Assembly: GCF_052425735.1 (NCBI RefSeq)
Contig: NC_135770.1
Span: 10,664,001 to 10,728,000 of the forward strand
Source of the DNA: Oculina patagonica
Lineage: Eukaryota
DNA length: 64,000 bases
Direction: 5' to 3'
How positions within the stretch are numbered: position 1 is the first letter of the stretch; each line of letters begins with the position of its first letter. The position numbers were made by a program, and so were the translations under genes. The notes under the pieces were generated by a model that worked only from the letters and a program-made list of their open reading frames with translations, had not been told where the DNA came from and did no database searches. Below are positions 12,501 through 22,386 of this stretch, in pieces.

Positions 12501-15500
12501 TTTTGCTCTGACTAAAATGTCTTTCAGAGATTTGTCCTTCCAATAAGCGACAATTGGAGGTTTAGAAAATGTTTGAGCGAGTTTGTTGTTCTCAGTTATG
12601 AGATGCCAGTGTTTCATGAGAATCTTTTTAAGATTCGGGGCAGCCAGGTTGAAAGTAGTGACAAATGGCAAAACATTGTTGGATGTTGCAGTTTTGTTAA
12701 TTAACGCCTCAGATCGTGATGAGAAGTCTACTTCGGCTAAGATTTCTTCGGCGAGTTCCCGAGGGTAACCTCGCTCGAGTAATCGACTCAGAAATTCTAG
12801 TTTTCGTAACTCGAAAATTTCTTTAACCGAGTTTGTTCTCAGTAAACGCAAGGCCTCTCCTTTGATAAAACCTTTTTTAACACTGAAAGGGTAACACGAA
12901 GAGAAGTGCGTATATTGGAAAGTTTCTGTAGGCTTGAAATGAGTTTGAACATCCAGAGTTTTGCTGTCAGTGAACCGCGGTCCTTTGAAAACTTCAGTGT
13001 CAAGGAAAACATTTTTTTCTGATGACATTTCATGCGTGAATTTGATAGTAGCGTGGAATAAATTAGCGAAGTCGACAAAGTCGCTGATTTCTCGCTCGGA
13101 TAGAGTCCACACTGAAAATATGTCATCAATAAATCTTTACCAGAGGATAGGCTTGTGTGGGCTGGCTAGGAGTAGCTCTTTTTCGATGTGAGCCATAAAA
13201 ATGACTGCGAAGGCTACGGCCATTTTGGTGCCGATAGCGATTCCGTGCGTTAACAAATAATGTTTGTCGTTGAATTTAAAAGAGTTTTCTTTTAGGATCA
13301 GTCTCATGAGGTCTCCCAAGAATGATGTTGGGATCGGAGGTTTCTACTGATAATGCTCTTAATAATATTGACAAACAACACTTATTCCTTCTTCTTGGGG
13401 AATGTTAGTGTAGAGAGAGCAAACGTCTAAAGTAACTAGAACCGCGTTGGCTCGAAGTGGAGTGTTTTCAATGAAGTTTATAAAATCAGTGGTGTCTTTG
13501 ATGTATGACTCTTGCTTTTTGGCGATAGGTCGTAAAAGCGAATCAACAAAACTAGAAATTCGTTCTGTTGGACCACCGCTACCAGAAACTATGGGTCTGC
13601 CGACCGGAGTTGGTTTATGTATTTTGGTCAGCGTATAAAACTCTGGTATTCTCGGTGGATTTTGGCCTGAGTTGAGCCATTTGTAAGTCATTTTGTCAAT
13701 GTGTCCGTTAGAGAACAGCGTGTTGACTATTGTTTTGACTTTAGCGGCTGTCTGGGATACTATCGGTTCTTCAAGAGGTTTATAAAATTTCTCGTTAGAG
13801 ACTTGTTCATAACCTTCTTGAATTTTGTTAGCGGTATCCATAACAACTGTAGTCGTCCCTTTGTCGGCTTTTTTAAGGATTATTTCGCTGTTAGCGCTAA
13901 GAGCTTTGAGCGTTTGTCTTTGTTTCGCTGTAAGGTTGTCTTTTGTATCGGAAAAAACAAAGTTAGCAATCTCAAGTTTAGTGCGTTCAAGGTTATTTTC
14001 TAGCGCCACTGATGGTTGTGGTGGCGGTTGCCAGCTAGATTTCACATGGAACGGATGTGGATTGCTTTTTGAATCAGCGAACATGTATTTTAAACGCATT
14101 GCCTGTCATAGCTGTTGTTTTGTCTGACATAGCTGTAGTTTTACCTGGAATAGTTGCTATTTTACCTGGTACAGCTGTTGTTGTAGGACCTGTTGTTGTT
14201 GTAGCTGGAGCTGTTGTTGTGGTTGGACCTGTCGTTGTGGTTGGAGCAACCGTTGTTGTAGGTGGAGGTTCTGTATAGTATCAAAAACACAAAAAAAAAG
14301 ACAAACAATTTATACCTGATAAAATTACACCTTAGCTAATGGTTTCGAGCATAAAATTACCACACAAACCTACAGGATATTATCCCCACCCCAAAGCAAC
14401 AAGATAATCTTGTAAAAATTAATAAAAAAAATGAATAGCAGCTGGAAGACCTGTTGTAGTGTCTGGCGATCCTGTTGTAGTGACTGACGGTCCTGTCGTA
14501 GTGTCCGGTGGACCTGTTGTAGTATCTGGTGGACCCGTTGTAGTGCCTGGCGGACCAGTAGTAGTGTCTGGCGGACCTGTTGTAGTGTCTGGCTGACTTG
14601 TTGTAGTGTCTGTCGGACCGGTTGTAGTGTCTGGCGGACCTGTTGTAGTATCTGGTGGAGCTGTTGTAGTGTCTGGTGGACCTGTTGTAGTGTCTGACGG
14701 ACCTGTTGTAGTTGCTGGTGGAGCTGTTGTAGTATCTGGTGGACCTGTTGTAGTTGCTGGTAGAGCTGTTGTAGTATCTGGTGGACCTGTTGTAGTATCT
14801 GGTGGAGCTGTTGTAGTGCCTGGTGGATCTGTTGTAGTATCTGGTGGACCTGTTGTAGTTGCTGGTGGAGCTGTTGTAGTGTCTGACGGACCTGTTGTAG
14901 TTGCTGGTAGAGCTGTTGTAGTATCTGGTGGACCTGTTGTAGTATCTGGTGGAGATGTTGTAGTATCTGGTGGAGCTGTTGTAATATCTGGTGGAGCTGT
15001 TGTAGTATCTGGTGGAGCTGTTGTAGTATCTGGTGGAGCTGTTGTAGTATCTGGTGGAGCTGTTGTAGTATCTGGTGGAGCTGTTGTAGTATCTGGTGGA
15101 GCTGTTGTAGTATCTGGTGGACCTGTTGTAGTGCCTGGTGGACCTGTTGTAGTATCTGGTGGAGATGTTGTAGTATCTGGTGGAGCTGTTGTAATATCTG
15201 GTGGAGCTGTTGTCGTATCTGGTGGAGCTGTTGTAGTATCTGGTGGAGCTGTTGTAATATCTGGTGGAGCTGTTGTAATATCTGGTGGAGCTGTTGTCGT
15301 ATCTGGTGGAGATGTTGTAGTATCTGGTGGAGCTGTTGTAATATCTGGTGGAGCTGTTGTAGTATCTGGTGGAGCTGTTGTAGTATCTGGTGGACCTGTT
15401 GTAGTGCCTGGTGGACCTGTTGTAGTATCTGGTGGAGATGTTGTAGTATCTGGTGGAGCTGTTGTAATATCTGGTGGAGCTGTTGTCGTATCTGGTGGAG

Positions 15501-17190
15501 TGTTTATGGTGGAGGTATTGTGGCGTGGGAGCGATGGTGGAGATTGAGATCTGGTGGAGCTTGTGGTGGAGCTTTGTTTCTGGTGGAGCTGTTGTAGTAT
15601 CTGGTGGAGCTGTTGTAGTATCTGGTGGAGCTGTTGTAGTATCTGATGGACCTGTTGTAGTATCTGGTGGAGCTGTTGTAGTATCTGGTGGAGCTGTTGT
15701 AGTATCTGGTGGAGCTGTTGTAGTATCTGGTGGAGCTGTTGTAGTATCTGGTGGAGCTGTTGTAGTATCTGGTGGAGCTGTTGTAGTATCTGGTGGAGCT
15801 GTTGTAGTATCTGGTGGACCTGTTGTAGTGCCTGGTGGACCTGTTGTAGTGTCTGACGGACTTGTTGTAGTGTCTGGCGGACCTGTTGTAGTGGCTGGAG
15901 GTCCCGTTGTAGGGTCTGGCGGACCTGTTGACGTAGCAGGTGGACCTGTTGTAGTGTCTGGTGGACCTGTTGTAGTGCCTGGCGGACCTGTTGTAGTGTC
16001 TGGTGGACCTGTTGTAGTGCCTGATGGATCTGTTGTAGTGTCAGGAGGACCTGTTGATGTAGCTGGCGGTCCTGTTGTAGTGCCTGGCGGACCTGTCGTG
16101 GTATCTGGTGGACCTGTTGTAGTATCTGGTGGACCTGTTGTAGTGCCTGGCGGACCTGGTGTGGTATCTGGCAGACCTGTCGTGGTATCTGGTGGTCCTG
16201 TTGTAGTATCTGGTGGAGCTGTTGTAGTGCCTGGTGGACCTGTTGTGGTACCTGGAGGACTTGTTGTAGTACCTGCCGGTCCTATTGTAGTATCTAGTGA
16301 AGCTGTTGTTATATCTGGTGGGTTTGTTGTAGTGTCTGGTGGGAGGAAGGTACACAAATCCATGGCGAAACCGCAATCATTACAATTACATTCGCACATA
16401 TATCCCATATCTATATTATAAAATTATCGATTATATAGCGCGCTCTGAATGGATAGCTAAAACTCGATCCAATCCTTTTGAATGTTTCTTATAAGAGAAC
16501 AAGTTTGTTCACAAACCTGTTGGTTTAAGACGTGGTACATTTCTGTCGAATCTTCCCACTACATTTCCTCGTGGCTTGTAGCGGGCCACTACATAGTGAC
16601 GTCCGCCTTCAGAAGCCACACCCACCCCAAGCTCAGAAGAACTTCTCCAAACCACCTGTGTAAAATGAAGCCATGGCAGACTTGAATTGATTGCTGTTCC
16701 TGTATCGAAATTGTAGTTTGAAATTTCATTGTACCAGTCTGTTACTACTTGACTGCAGTTCACGCATGAGGTTTCAGATGCATTGTTACATATTGGTTGT
16801 GCTGGTGAGGAGAACACACGCCAAAGATTTTCTCCAAGATTTTGGCTGTTTAAGACGGCGTCTTCATGTAGCAACGATTGGTTTTGAAGAAGAAACTGAG
16901 ACCAGTTTCGTGCCCCTTGGGCAATATCATCATTCCAGGTCATGGCTTGAAATGCCGAGTGCAGTGATCGAAAGTAATTGTGTGAGTCCAGACAATCTTG
17001 TTCAAAGAAAGACAGGCCTGCCGGTCAAATAATTTATAACACTGTATTAATTAAACGGCTTTTCTATCATTTCTCATGGTTTAGGGACAAGCATAACCGG
17101 ATTCATGTACTGAAATCAAAACTCACATTCAGCAAAGTAGAGTAAAATTACAACAAAATTTAGGCAGTTGCAAATGTCGTAGGTAAACAT
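458..17190 (-). CDS. Multi-exon secreted mosaic protein: SP-CAP-mucin-CAP-mucin-SEA-like-TSP1-CUB-CUB-SEA-like; 3' end lies beyond the left edge of the window
   Basis: Hand-built exon chain with compatible phases: 17127-17190, 16517-17017, ~14450-16335, 14166-14270, 8298-8801, 7139-7518, 5614-5699, 4629-4822, 4054-4224, 2636-3013, 1600-1977, 1041-1156, 458-546. Junctions are GT-AG; the donor of the long mucin exon is unresolved and that exon has a frameshift near 15500-15580. Confidence 0.8.
1041..1156 (-). CDS. Start of SEA-like module 2 (TTPAPTTPPSCLRPRRNASQEEINNAITIIILNFTIPQ)
   Basis: Parallels the end of exon 7139-7518; CAACAG acceptor, GTTTGT donor; phase 1 to 0. Confidence 0.78.
1195..1430. 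repeat. (GGAT)n/(GCAT)n compound microsatellite, intronic
   Basis: Direct reading of the sequence. Confidence 0.9.
1600..1977 (-). CDS. CUB domain exon B
   Basis: GVISTPFYPRLYPDNQACQW, CDFFEV, ICG, FVSD, GFMATY; 378 nt, phase 1-1. Confidence 0.93.
2636..3013 (-). CDS. CUB domain exon A
   Basis: SGVFSSPNFPNNF, CTWNITVP, FNFTLE, LCG, GFNASY; 378 nt, phase 1-1. Confidence 0.93.
3633..3925 (-). mobile_element. 3' fragment of a CR1/L2-type LINE, inserted beside a GGAT microsatellite
   Basis: Minus strand encodes GFKIWNALPDDLK, typical of the LINE ORF2 C-terminus, followed by an AT-rich 3' UTR. Confidence 0.55.
4054..4224 (-). CDS. Thrombospondin type-1 repeat exon
   Basis: VDGNFTEWGPWGPCSAPCAGGTQMRFRNCTNPPPINNGSDCQGPRNETQQCNVQPCP; 171 nt, phase 1-1. 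The ORF track shows the wrong frame. Confidence 0.93.
4629..4822 (-). CDS. Third exon of SEA-like module 1 (PTSSDVEVVILPGFP...ISDTFGIEFT)
   Basis: 194 nt, phase 2 to 1, fits both neighbours; the alternating beta/alpha pattern is SEA-like (inference). Confidence 0.72.
5614..5699 (-). CDS. 86-nt exon of SEA-like module 1 (WCDREGNFTEVLAVSVANFCNTTGSCPT)
   Basis: TTGCAG acceptor and GTAAGT donor, phase 0 to 2; paralogous to exon 458-546. Absent from the ORF track. Confidence 0.8.
5891..6299. mobile_element. Tc1/mariner(pogo)-type MITE
   Basis: 25-bp TIR CAGTAAAAA(C/T)CCGCGTATAAGAACA with 1 mismatch, TA on both sides, internal ATAAGAAC..AGCCTGA subterminal repeats. Confidence 0.88.
6557..6710 (+). 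mobile_element. SINE family B, 3' half
   Basis: GGGGGTAACCCTGCGATGGACTA..CATCCCATC..ACTCCTAGTCGCTT..AAACCGGGATAAGCTCCGGCC..TTTACCTACCT; shared with 51557-51785, 61925-62075, 63274-63538 and 27683-27760. Confidence 0.8.
7139..7518 (-). CDS. Second mucin repeat block plus start of SEA-like module 1 (...TTPPFCLANRQPVTQEEVANSVSLVIPNLSIPE)
   Basis: 21-bp TTGPPDT repeats; TCTAG acceptor, GTTTGT donor; 380 nt, phase 1 to 0. Confidence 0.8.
7851..8101. mobile_element. hAT-type MITE
   Basis: TIR CAGGGCCGTA/TACGGCCCTG; 8-bp TSD ACACAAAC/ACACAGAC; related relic at ~29270-29495. Confidence 0.82.
8298..8801 (-). CDS. CAP/SCP (GAPR-1-like) domain exon, copy 2
   Basis: Near-identical to copy 1 (GENL, WYNEI, HFTQIVW, VVARYKPRGN); tandem CAGCAG acceptor; A|GTTCGT donor at the position equivalent to G|GTTTGT in copy 1. 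Confidence 0.92.
9420..9686 (+). mobile_element. 3' end of an RTE-clade LINE
   Basis: HIMRK..ALEWRPEGRRRPGRPKTTWRR..AANRSGWK..KALCA motif typical of the RTE ORF C-terminus; ATAGG-type repeat tail. Confidence 0.8.
12432..14099 (-). mobile_element. Penelope-like retroelement (Neptune-like RT), 5'-truncated, three nonsense codons, no C-terminal GIY-YIG domain
   Basis: One reading frame 14099 to 12483 with KADKG, FYTLTKIHK, GRPIVSG, SYIKDT, LDVCSLYTNIP, GIAIG, RFIDDIF, FLD, RGYP, SLKDILVRAK; 17-bp TSD TGCCTGTCATAGCTGTT at 12415-12431 and 14100-14116. Confidence 0.92.
14166..14270 (-). CDS. Short Thr/Pro-rich exon (EPPPTTTVAPTTTTGP...TTAVP)
   Basis: Strong polypyrimidine tract plus ACAG acceptor, CCAG|GTAAAA donor, 105 nt, phase 1-1. 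Confidence 0.7.
14450..16335 (-). repeat. Coding 21-bp tandem repeat (T-T-[A/G]-P-P-[D/G]-T)n, mucin-like Thr/Pro stalk
   Basis: About 85-90 units of ACTACAACAGCTCCACCAGAT and variants; acceptor CCTCCCACCAG before 16335; garbled zone with a frame change at ~15500-15580. Confidence 0.9.
16517..17017 (-). CDS. CAP/SCP (GAPR-1-like) domain exon, copy 1
   Basis: DCLDSHNYFRSLH, MTWN, GENL, WYNEI, HFTQVVW, LGVG, VVARYKPRGN motifs; 501-nt phase 1-1 exon. Confidence 0.92.
17127..17190 (-). CDS. First coding exon, signal peptide (MFTYDICNCLNFVVILLYFAE)
   Basis: ATG at 17190, hydrophobic core, phase-1 GTGAGT donor joining in frame to the CAP exon (C-LSFFEQDC). Confidence 0.75.
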
Positions 17191-17389
17191 TCGTGACGTT
17201 TTTGGACATCTTTTTTCAACACATAGGCCTGCGAACCTCTGTTTGCGTAGGCACGGGTCGCCAAGATATTCAACTTTCTTTGGTGAGATGGGGGAAGGGG
17301 CGGCGGCGAATAGCGATTTCAAGCGTGTGAGGGCAATCGAAAAGTTCACCTTTTCGACTTGTTGTTTTTGCAGCGTTTTTGACATAAAT

Positions 17390-17790
17390 GCCGTATTTAT
17401 TCGATTAGGCGCTTATTACATTTATGGACCTTAAGAGTGGGCGCTAATTAGAGGTGGGCGCTTATTCGAGGCTGGGCGCTTATTACATTTTCACCATTTT
17501 TTGGCAAGTAGTTATTTTATTTTGAAACAAAACAATGAATAATAATAATAAAACGTAAAGATGTACAAAAGCAAAACTTTAGCTCTTCATTGAAAGTTTT
17601 TGTAAAATACTAAGAAAACTCAGTCTTCGCGGAAGTCTCTCAGAAGTACTTAGTCAATTTCAGTCGCAATTTCAATAGTAATCAATACTCCTTTTGTACA
17701 CTTCAGGGGGTTTTTACGAGGGAGGTGGGGGTGGGCGCTTATTCGAGGCTGGGCGCTTATTAACTTTCCCTACCTACAGGGTGGGCGTTT
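17390..17790. mobile_element. MITE relic with GGGCGCTTATTCGAG subterminal repeats
   Basis: CCGTATTTATTCGATTAGGCGC start and repeated TGGGCGCTTATT motifs. Confidence 0.55.
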
Positions 17791-18906
17791 TGTTTATTAA
17801 AGCTAGTTTTTACAACAGTCCGCACAATAAATTCACTCTCATATAAGAACAGATCGTAGAGTGGTTTCTCGAGGACCGGAAGCTCTGGTGACAGCAAATA
17901 TCAAGGGAGTAAGTGTCTTTCGCGAAATATTGAGAGGGGTTACCACAATTTGTACCCTTGAAGTACCACTCTTGGCATTAATATATTTGTATCACTGTAT
18001 GTAAAAAGCAAGTCGCAAAATTGAACATATAAAAAACTGCTCTCGCACGGTTCTTTTTACCGTAAAAAACGGAAAAGCAATCATAAACAATGCGTTAGTA
18101 TTTTCGCGGCATTTTATTATATACAGCTAATAACTCGAGACAAGTTTTCGGAGAAAGCACAAAGTGGATAAGGCCGAAAGATAGTATGGGTAAAAGGAGA
18201 GTGCTACAGCACGTACTGAATACAAATAAGATGGCGACAAGACAATTTCTCGTCGGACATGTGGAAACAAGGTACTTTTAGCACCCTGAATTTGGAAAAA
18301 AATTTAAAGTTCAAAGACATGCGACAGTAAAACTAAAGCTACAGAAAAAGGCCTCCTGAGTGGGAAAAATATCTTTACGTGAAAAAAATACAATTTTGCA
18401 CATTTCCTTTAGGCCAATATACAAAATTCAATGAATACCCAGACCAGCTTTCGATCTTGTTGCGTGCACTTTTGTGCTTTTTTTCGACAACCTTTCCCAG
18501 TCGAATTAGCTGTATACACACCCATAAACAGTACTTGAAAATAGTTAAAGAAAGTGAATATCTTGGCAACCTCTGCGCACGCAAACATGGTTTGCCTCTT
18601 CTTGAACGCATTATTTTAAGAAAAAAAATCTGTCGACTGATTTCGTTTGTACAATCAATTTGTGGCTGACCGAATATGCAAACCAATAAAGCTTTTTTAT
18701 CGCTGATAAAAAATGCAAAAATGCAAGAGAAAGGTGAACACAATCTTGCACAATGTGGCATTTTTTAACAATTTTTGAAGAAGTTTAACCATAATCGTTC
18801 GCCAGACGTGACAAATTTCTACTAGCAAGAAACCTTTTTCGTTTATACAATTCTACAGAATTCGTGGTCCATCTTAGTGGTTCGTATTGCAAAATTTGGA
18901 CCTCTC

Positions 18907-19396
18907 GGATGTTACTAAAACGCAGGGTCCCATAGTGGGAGATGTAGCACGGGAGCCTTTAAATTTTCGTCGTGGAGCCTCGAACCCCATCGTTTTGCCG
19001 CTTGGTGCCCTTTTATTATTAAGTGGAGCCCTGAATATGTTGGCCACAGAGCACGGAGAACTGTTCTTCAGGGGTGGCCCGGAGCCGAAGAACTCTCAAC
19101 CCATTTGGGACCTTGAATGGGGAATAGTACATACGAAATGATAAATGGCTTAGGTTATGGGTTTGGATTGGTGTCAAGGGCGAGGGTAGGTAAGGATTGG
19201 GATATGGGTTAGAGTAAAAGAATTAGGAGTATGGTTAGGGTTAGTGTAAGTGTTAGCCCAGGAACATCCCTGACCTTAATCCTCCCTTACCGTAACATTA
19301 ATCCTAACCAAAGGCCAAATTCTGACCTTAATCTTAAGCCATTCTCAATTCCCATTCCCGATCTCCCATTTCCCAATTTACGTTTTAGTAACATCC
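18907..19396. mobile_element. TIR element with internal telomere-like (GGTTAG/CTAACC) fold-back
   Basis: Perfect 16-bp TIR GGATGTTACTAAAACG; degenerate GGTTAG tract ~19147-19256 followed by its complement ~19257-19375. Confidence 0.7.
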
Positions 19397-20010
19397 AACA
19401 TCTCAGGGATCCAATGAAAAGACTTAATAATTATTGCGTAATGCACACCCCACACTAAGTTCGGTGAAAACAAGTTTAAACGAACTCGTGCGGCAGGGCT
19501 CATTAAACAAGAGCAGCTGTGTTCTCCCACCAAGTCATCGATCGTTTTTTCACCTTTATAAATTAAAGCGACAAATTTAACACGATATCTTGATCTTTTT
19601 TTATAACAAAGTGTAAATACGGAACAGCTATCCAAGCAGAGCAAGCGCTATATGACCATAATTTTATTATTAAAATATATATATACCGTAAATTCTCTAT
19701 TACCCCCCCCCCCCCCTCCTTCCCCTCTACATTATGCACACCTTCCTCCCCTCGATACCCCCTCTTTTCTGGGGGCAAAAAAATTGTTAACCCGCACCCC
19801 ACCTCCGCCCTCCCCATTTTCCTTCACAACTGTAAAGCAATAAACTCCACACTATATTACTAGTGTGTTTTTACCACAGCAAAGCTGGCACGAGATAAAA
19901 TATGGTACTTTCGAACTTTAGGGTAAATATTACCAGTCCTTGTAGTCAATTAAAAAGGATCGTCACACGGTAAAAAATGAGTGGTAAAGTAATGACTATA
20001 CCTGACGTTT

Positions 20011-20638
20011 NNNNNNNNNNNNNNNNNNNNNNNNNNNNNNNNNNNNNNNNNNNNNNNNNNNNNNNNNNNNNNNNNNNNNNNNNNNNNNNNNNNNNNNNNN
20101 NNNNNNNNNNNNNNNNNNNNNNNNNNNNNNNNNNNNNNNNNNNNNNNNNNNNNNNNNNNNNNNNNNNNNNNNNNNNNNNNNNNNNNNNNNNNNNNNNNNN
20201 NNNNNNNNNNNNNNNNNNNNNNNNNNNNNNNNNNNNNNNNNNNNNNNNNNNNNNNNNNNNNNNNNNNNNNNNNNNNNNNNNNNNNNNNNNNNNNNNNNNN
20301 NNNNNNNNNNNNNNNNNNNNNNNNNNNNNNNNNNNNNNNNNNNNNNNNNNNNNNNNNNNNNNNNNNNNNNNNNNNNNNNNNNNNNNNNNNNNNNNNNNNN
20401 NNNNNNNNNNNNNNNNNNNNNNNNNNNNNNNNNNNNNNNNNNNNNNNNNNNNNNNNNNNNNNNNNNNNNNNNNNNNNNNNNNNNNNNNNNNNNNNNNNNN
20501 NNNNNNNNNNNNNNNNNNNNNNNNNNNNNNNNNNNNNNNNNNNNNNNNNNNNNNNNNNNNNNNNNNNNNNNNNNNNNNNNNNNNNNNNNNNNNNNNNNNN
20601 NNNNNNNNNNNNNNNNNNNNNNNNNNNNNNNNNNNNNN
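20011..20638. other. Assembly gap (N run)
   Basis: Direct reading. Confidence 1.
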
Positions 20639-20686
20639 CGTAAGTAAGTAAGTACGTAAGTAAGTACGTAAGTAAGAAAGAAAGTA

Positions 20687-20881
20687 CCTTATTATAGGAA
20701 ATTAACGATACATGTTGTTAACACGAATTTCAAAAATTCGCGTTAATTTTATTGATGTTAGTTAATATAAACACGTTTACTATAAGCATTTAACCAGAAC
20801 TTTTCTTAAATTCGCGTTAATTTTATTACGCGTAATTTTTTTCGCGTTGTTAAAATGCTTCGTAATATTCCTATAATAAGG
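20687..20881. mobile_element. Small TA-flanked MITE inside a (GTAA)n microsatellite
   Basis: TIR CCTTATTATAGGAA/TTCCTATAATAAGG, TA on both sides. Confidence 0.72.
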
Positions 20882-21216
20882 TAAGTTGGTAGGTAAGTCT
20901 AGTTTAAGAGTGTGACATTTGACAGTAACTGATAAACTCATGGTCCTCAAAATAAATTAAATACGCTTCTCTTCTCAATTAACCCCTCCCCCTCAAACGT
21001 GCTTGAAATTCAAAGCCCCCCCTCCCCCCCCCCCCCCCCCCCGTGGGGCTTAGTAGAAGATTTACGGTATCATATTAGACATTTTAGTTTGTCGTTAAAA
21101 AATCGCTGTGTATTTAAACTTGTCGTGCAGTCACGAGCTAGCCCGTAAGGGGGAGACCAAATTGCAAATGACGAGTCAAAATGCACAGCGACACTACACA
21201 CTAAACCGTCCAATAC

Positions 21217-21410
21217 GAGTTTTATTATCCAACATTTTTTATCTTAAATCCTGGCTTTAAACTGTGTCTGTCGCTCTCGCACGGTCAGGAAAAGAGGTCT
21301 CCGCTTAAACACCTGTTTAACTGGTTTCCTAGAGTACAATACCGTGAAATATTTGAACCCATTTCTGGTGTTGTTTGTACTCTACTGAGTGGGGTTGGAT
21401 AATAAAACTC
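21217..21410. mobile_element. MITE-like inverted repeat element
   Basis: 18-bp inverted repeat CGAGTTTTATTATCCAAC / GTTGGATAATAAAACTCG. Confidence 0.6.
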
Positions 21411-22129
21411 GATATCACCCTGTTCGAGAGGCATTTAATGGAATACTATATTTCGAAATAGAAATATTATGAGACCAGCTTTTGAGACAATATTATGACT
21501 GCTTTTGAGATAAAATATGATTAAAATGGTTTAACTACGCCGATTGGTAGACTGGCTGAGATTTAACTCTAGCACTTCATTCCTACAAATTTTCGCACGT
21601 ACTTAATTTCGCGATTTTTGCGTTTTGAAAAAATATCGCGAAAATTCATACTTTGGAGTCTGTGCGAGAGTACACGAAAGTTAAATACGCAAAAATTAGT
21701 ACCATATTATATAAGAAAACAACAGTTAAATTTGAAATGTCGAGTCACAAGCTTGCTGGTAATTGTTCTGAATTCTCCTGTCACTTCCCATCCGTGGTCT
21801 TACATTCGACTAACACTCTTCCTCTAATCTACTGTTATATTCTTTAGAGCTTGTGAAAGGCTAGTCAGCCGAAACCTCTTTTGCACAGTCATTAATTTTC
21901 CAATAGTTGGCTCCTTTTACTTAGATTTAATGAACAAGGGCTTTATTTATTTACATCTTTCAACTATTTCTTTGTTCCTTGACGTATTATAATATTTCAA
22001 TAATGTTTCAGATCATGTTTTCAATTGGGAAATTATAGCAATGACAAAATCGCGAGATTAAATACCATTTTCAAGTCCAGGAACAGCGAAAATTAAACAA
22101 AAAACACTCGCGAAGCTCGAAAGTTATAA

Positions 22130-22386
22130 AGGCCGGTTTACACGGTACGATTTGTCGGCCCGATTTGGCCCAGATTTGATAGGAAAATAAGTGCGCAGTT
22201 AAAAATCGGCCCGATTTTTAAAAATCTGCCACAGATTTTAGAAATCGGGCACAGATTTTAGAAATCGGGCAGGATTTAATCCTCGCAATTCATATAATGC
22301 AAAACAAAAATCGGGTCGACGAGTCGCAGCATGTAAATTACCTTGGCACAAATCGGGCCGACAAATCGTAGCGTATACACCGGCCT
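22130..22386. mobile_element. PIF/Harbinger-type MITE
   Basis: ~38-bp TIR AGGCCGGT.TA.ACG.TACGATTTGTCGGCCCGATTTG, TAA/CTA flanks, internal AAATCGGGC repeats. Confidence 0.8.

Noticed and set aside
14606-16421. Long + strand ORFs (VVVSGGA)n, and the similar ones at 7193-7526
   Set aside because: Antisense shadows of the stop-free 21-bp mucin repeat; splice signals and flanking domains are all on the minus strand.
19977-20651. ORFs spanning N runs (also 31768-32175)
   Set aside because: Artefacts of assembly gaps.
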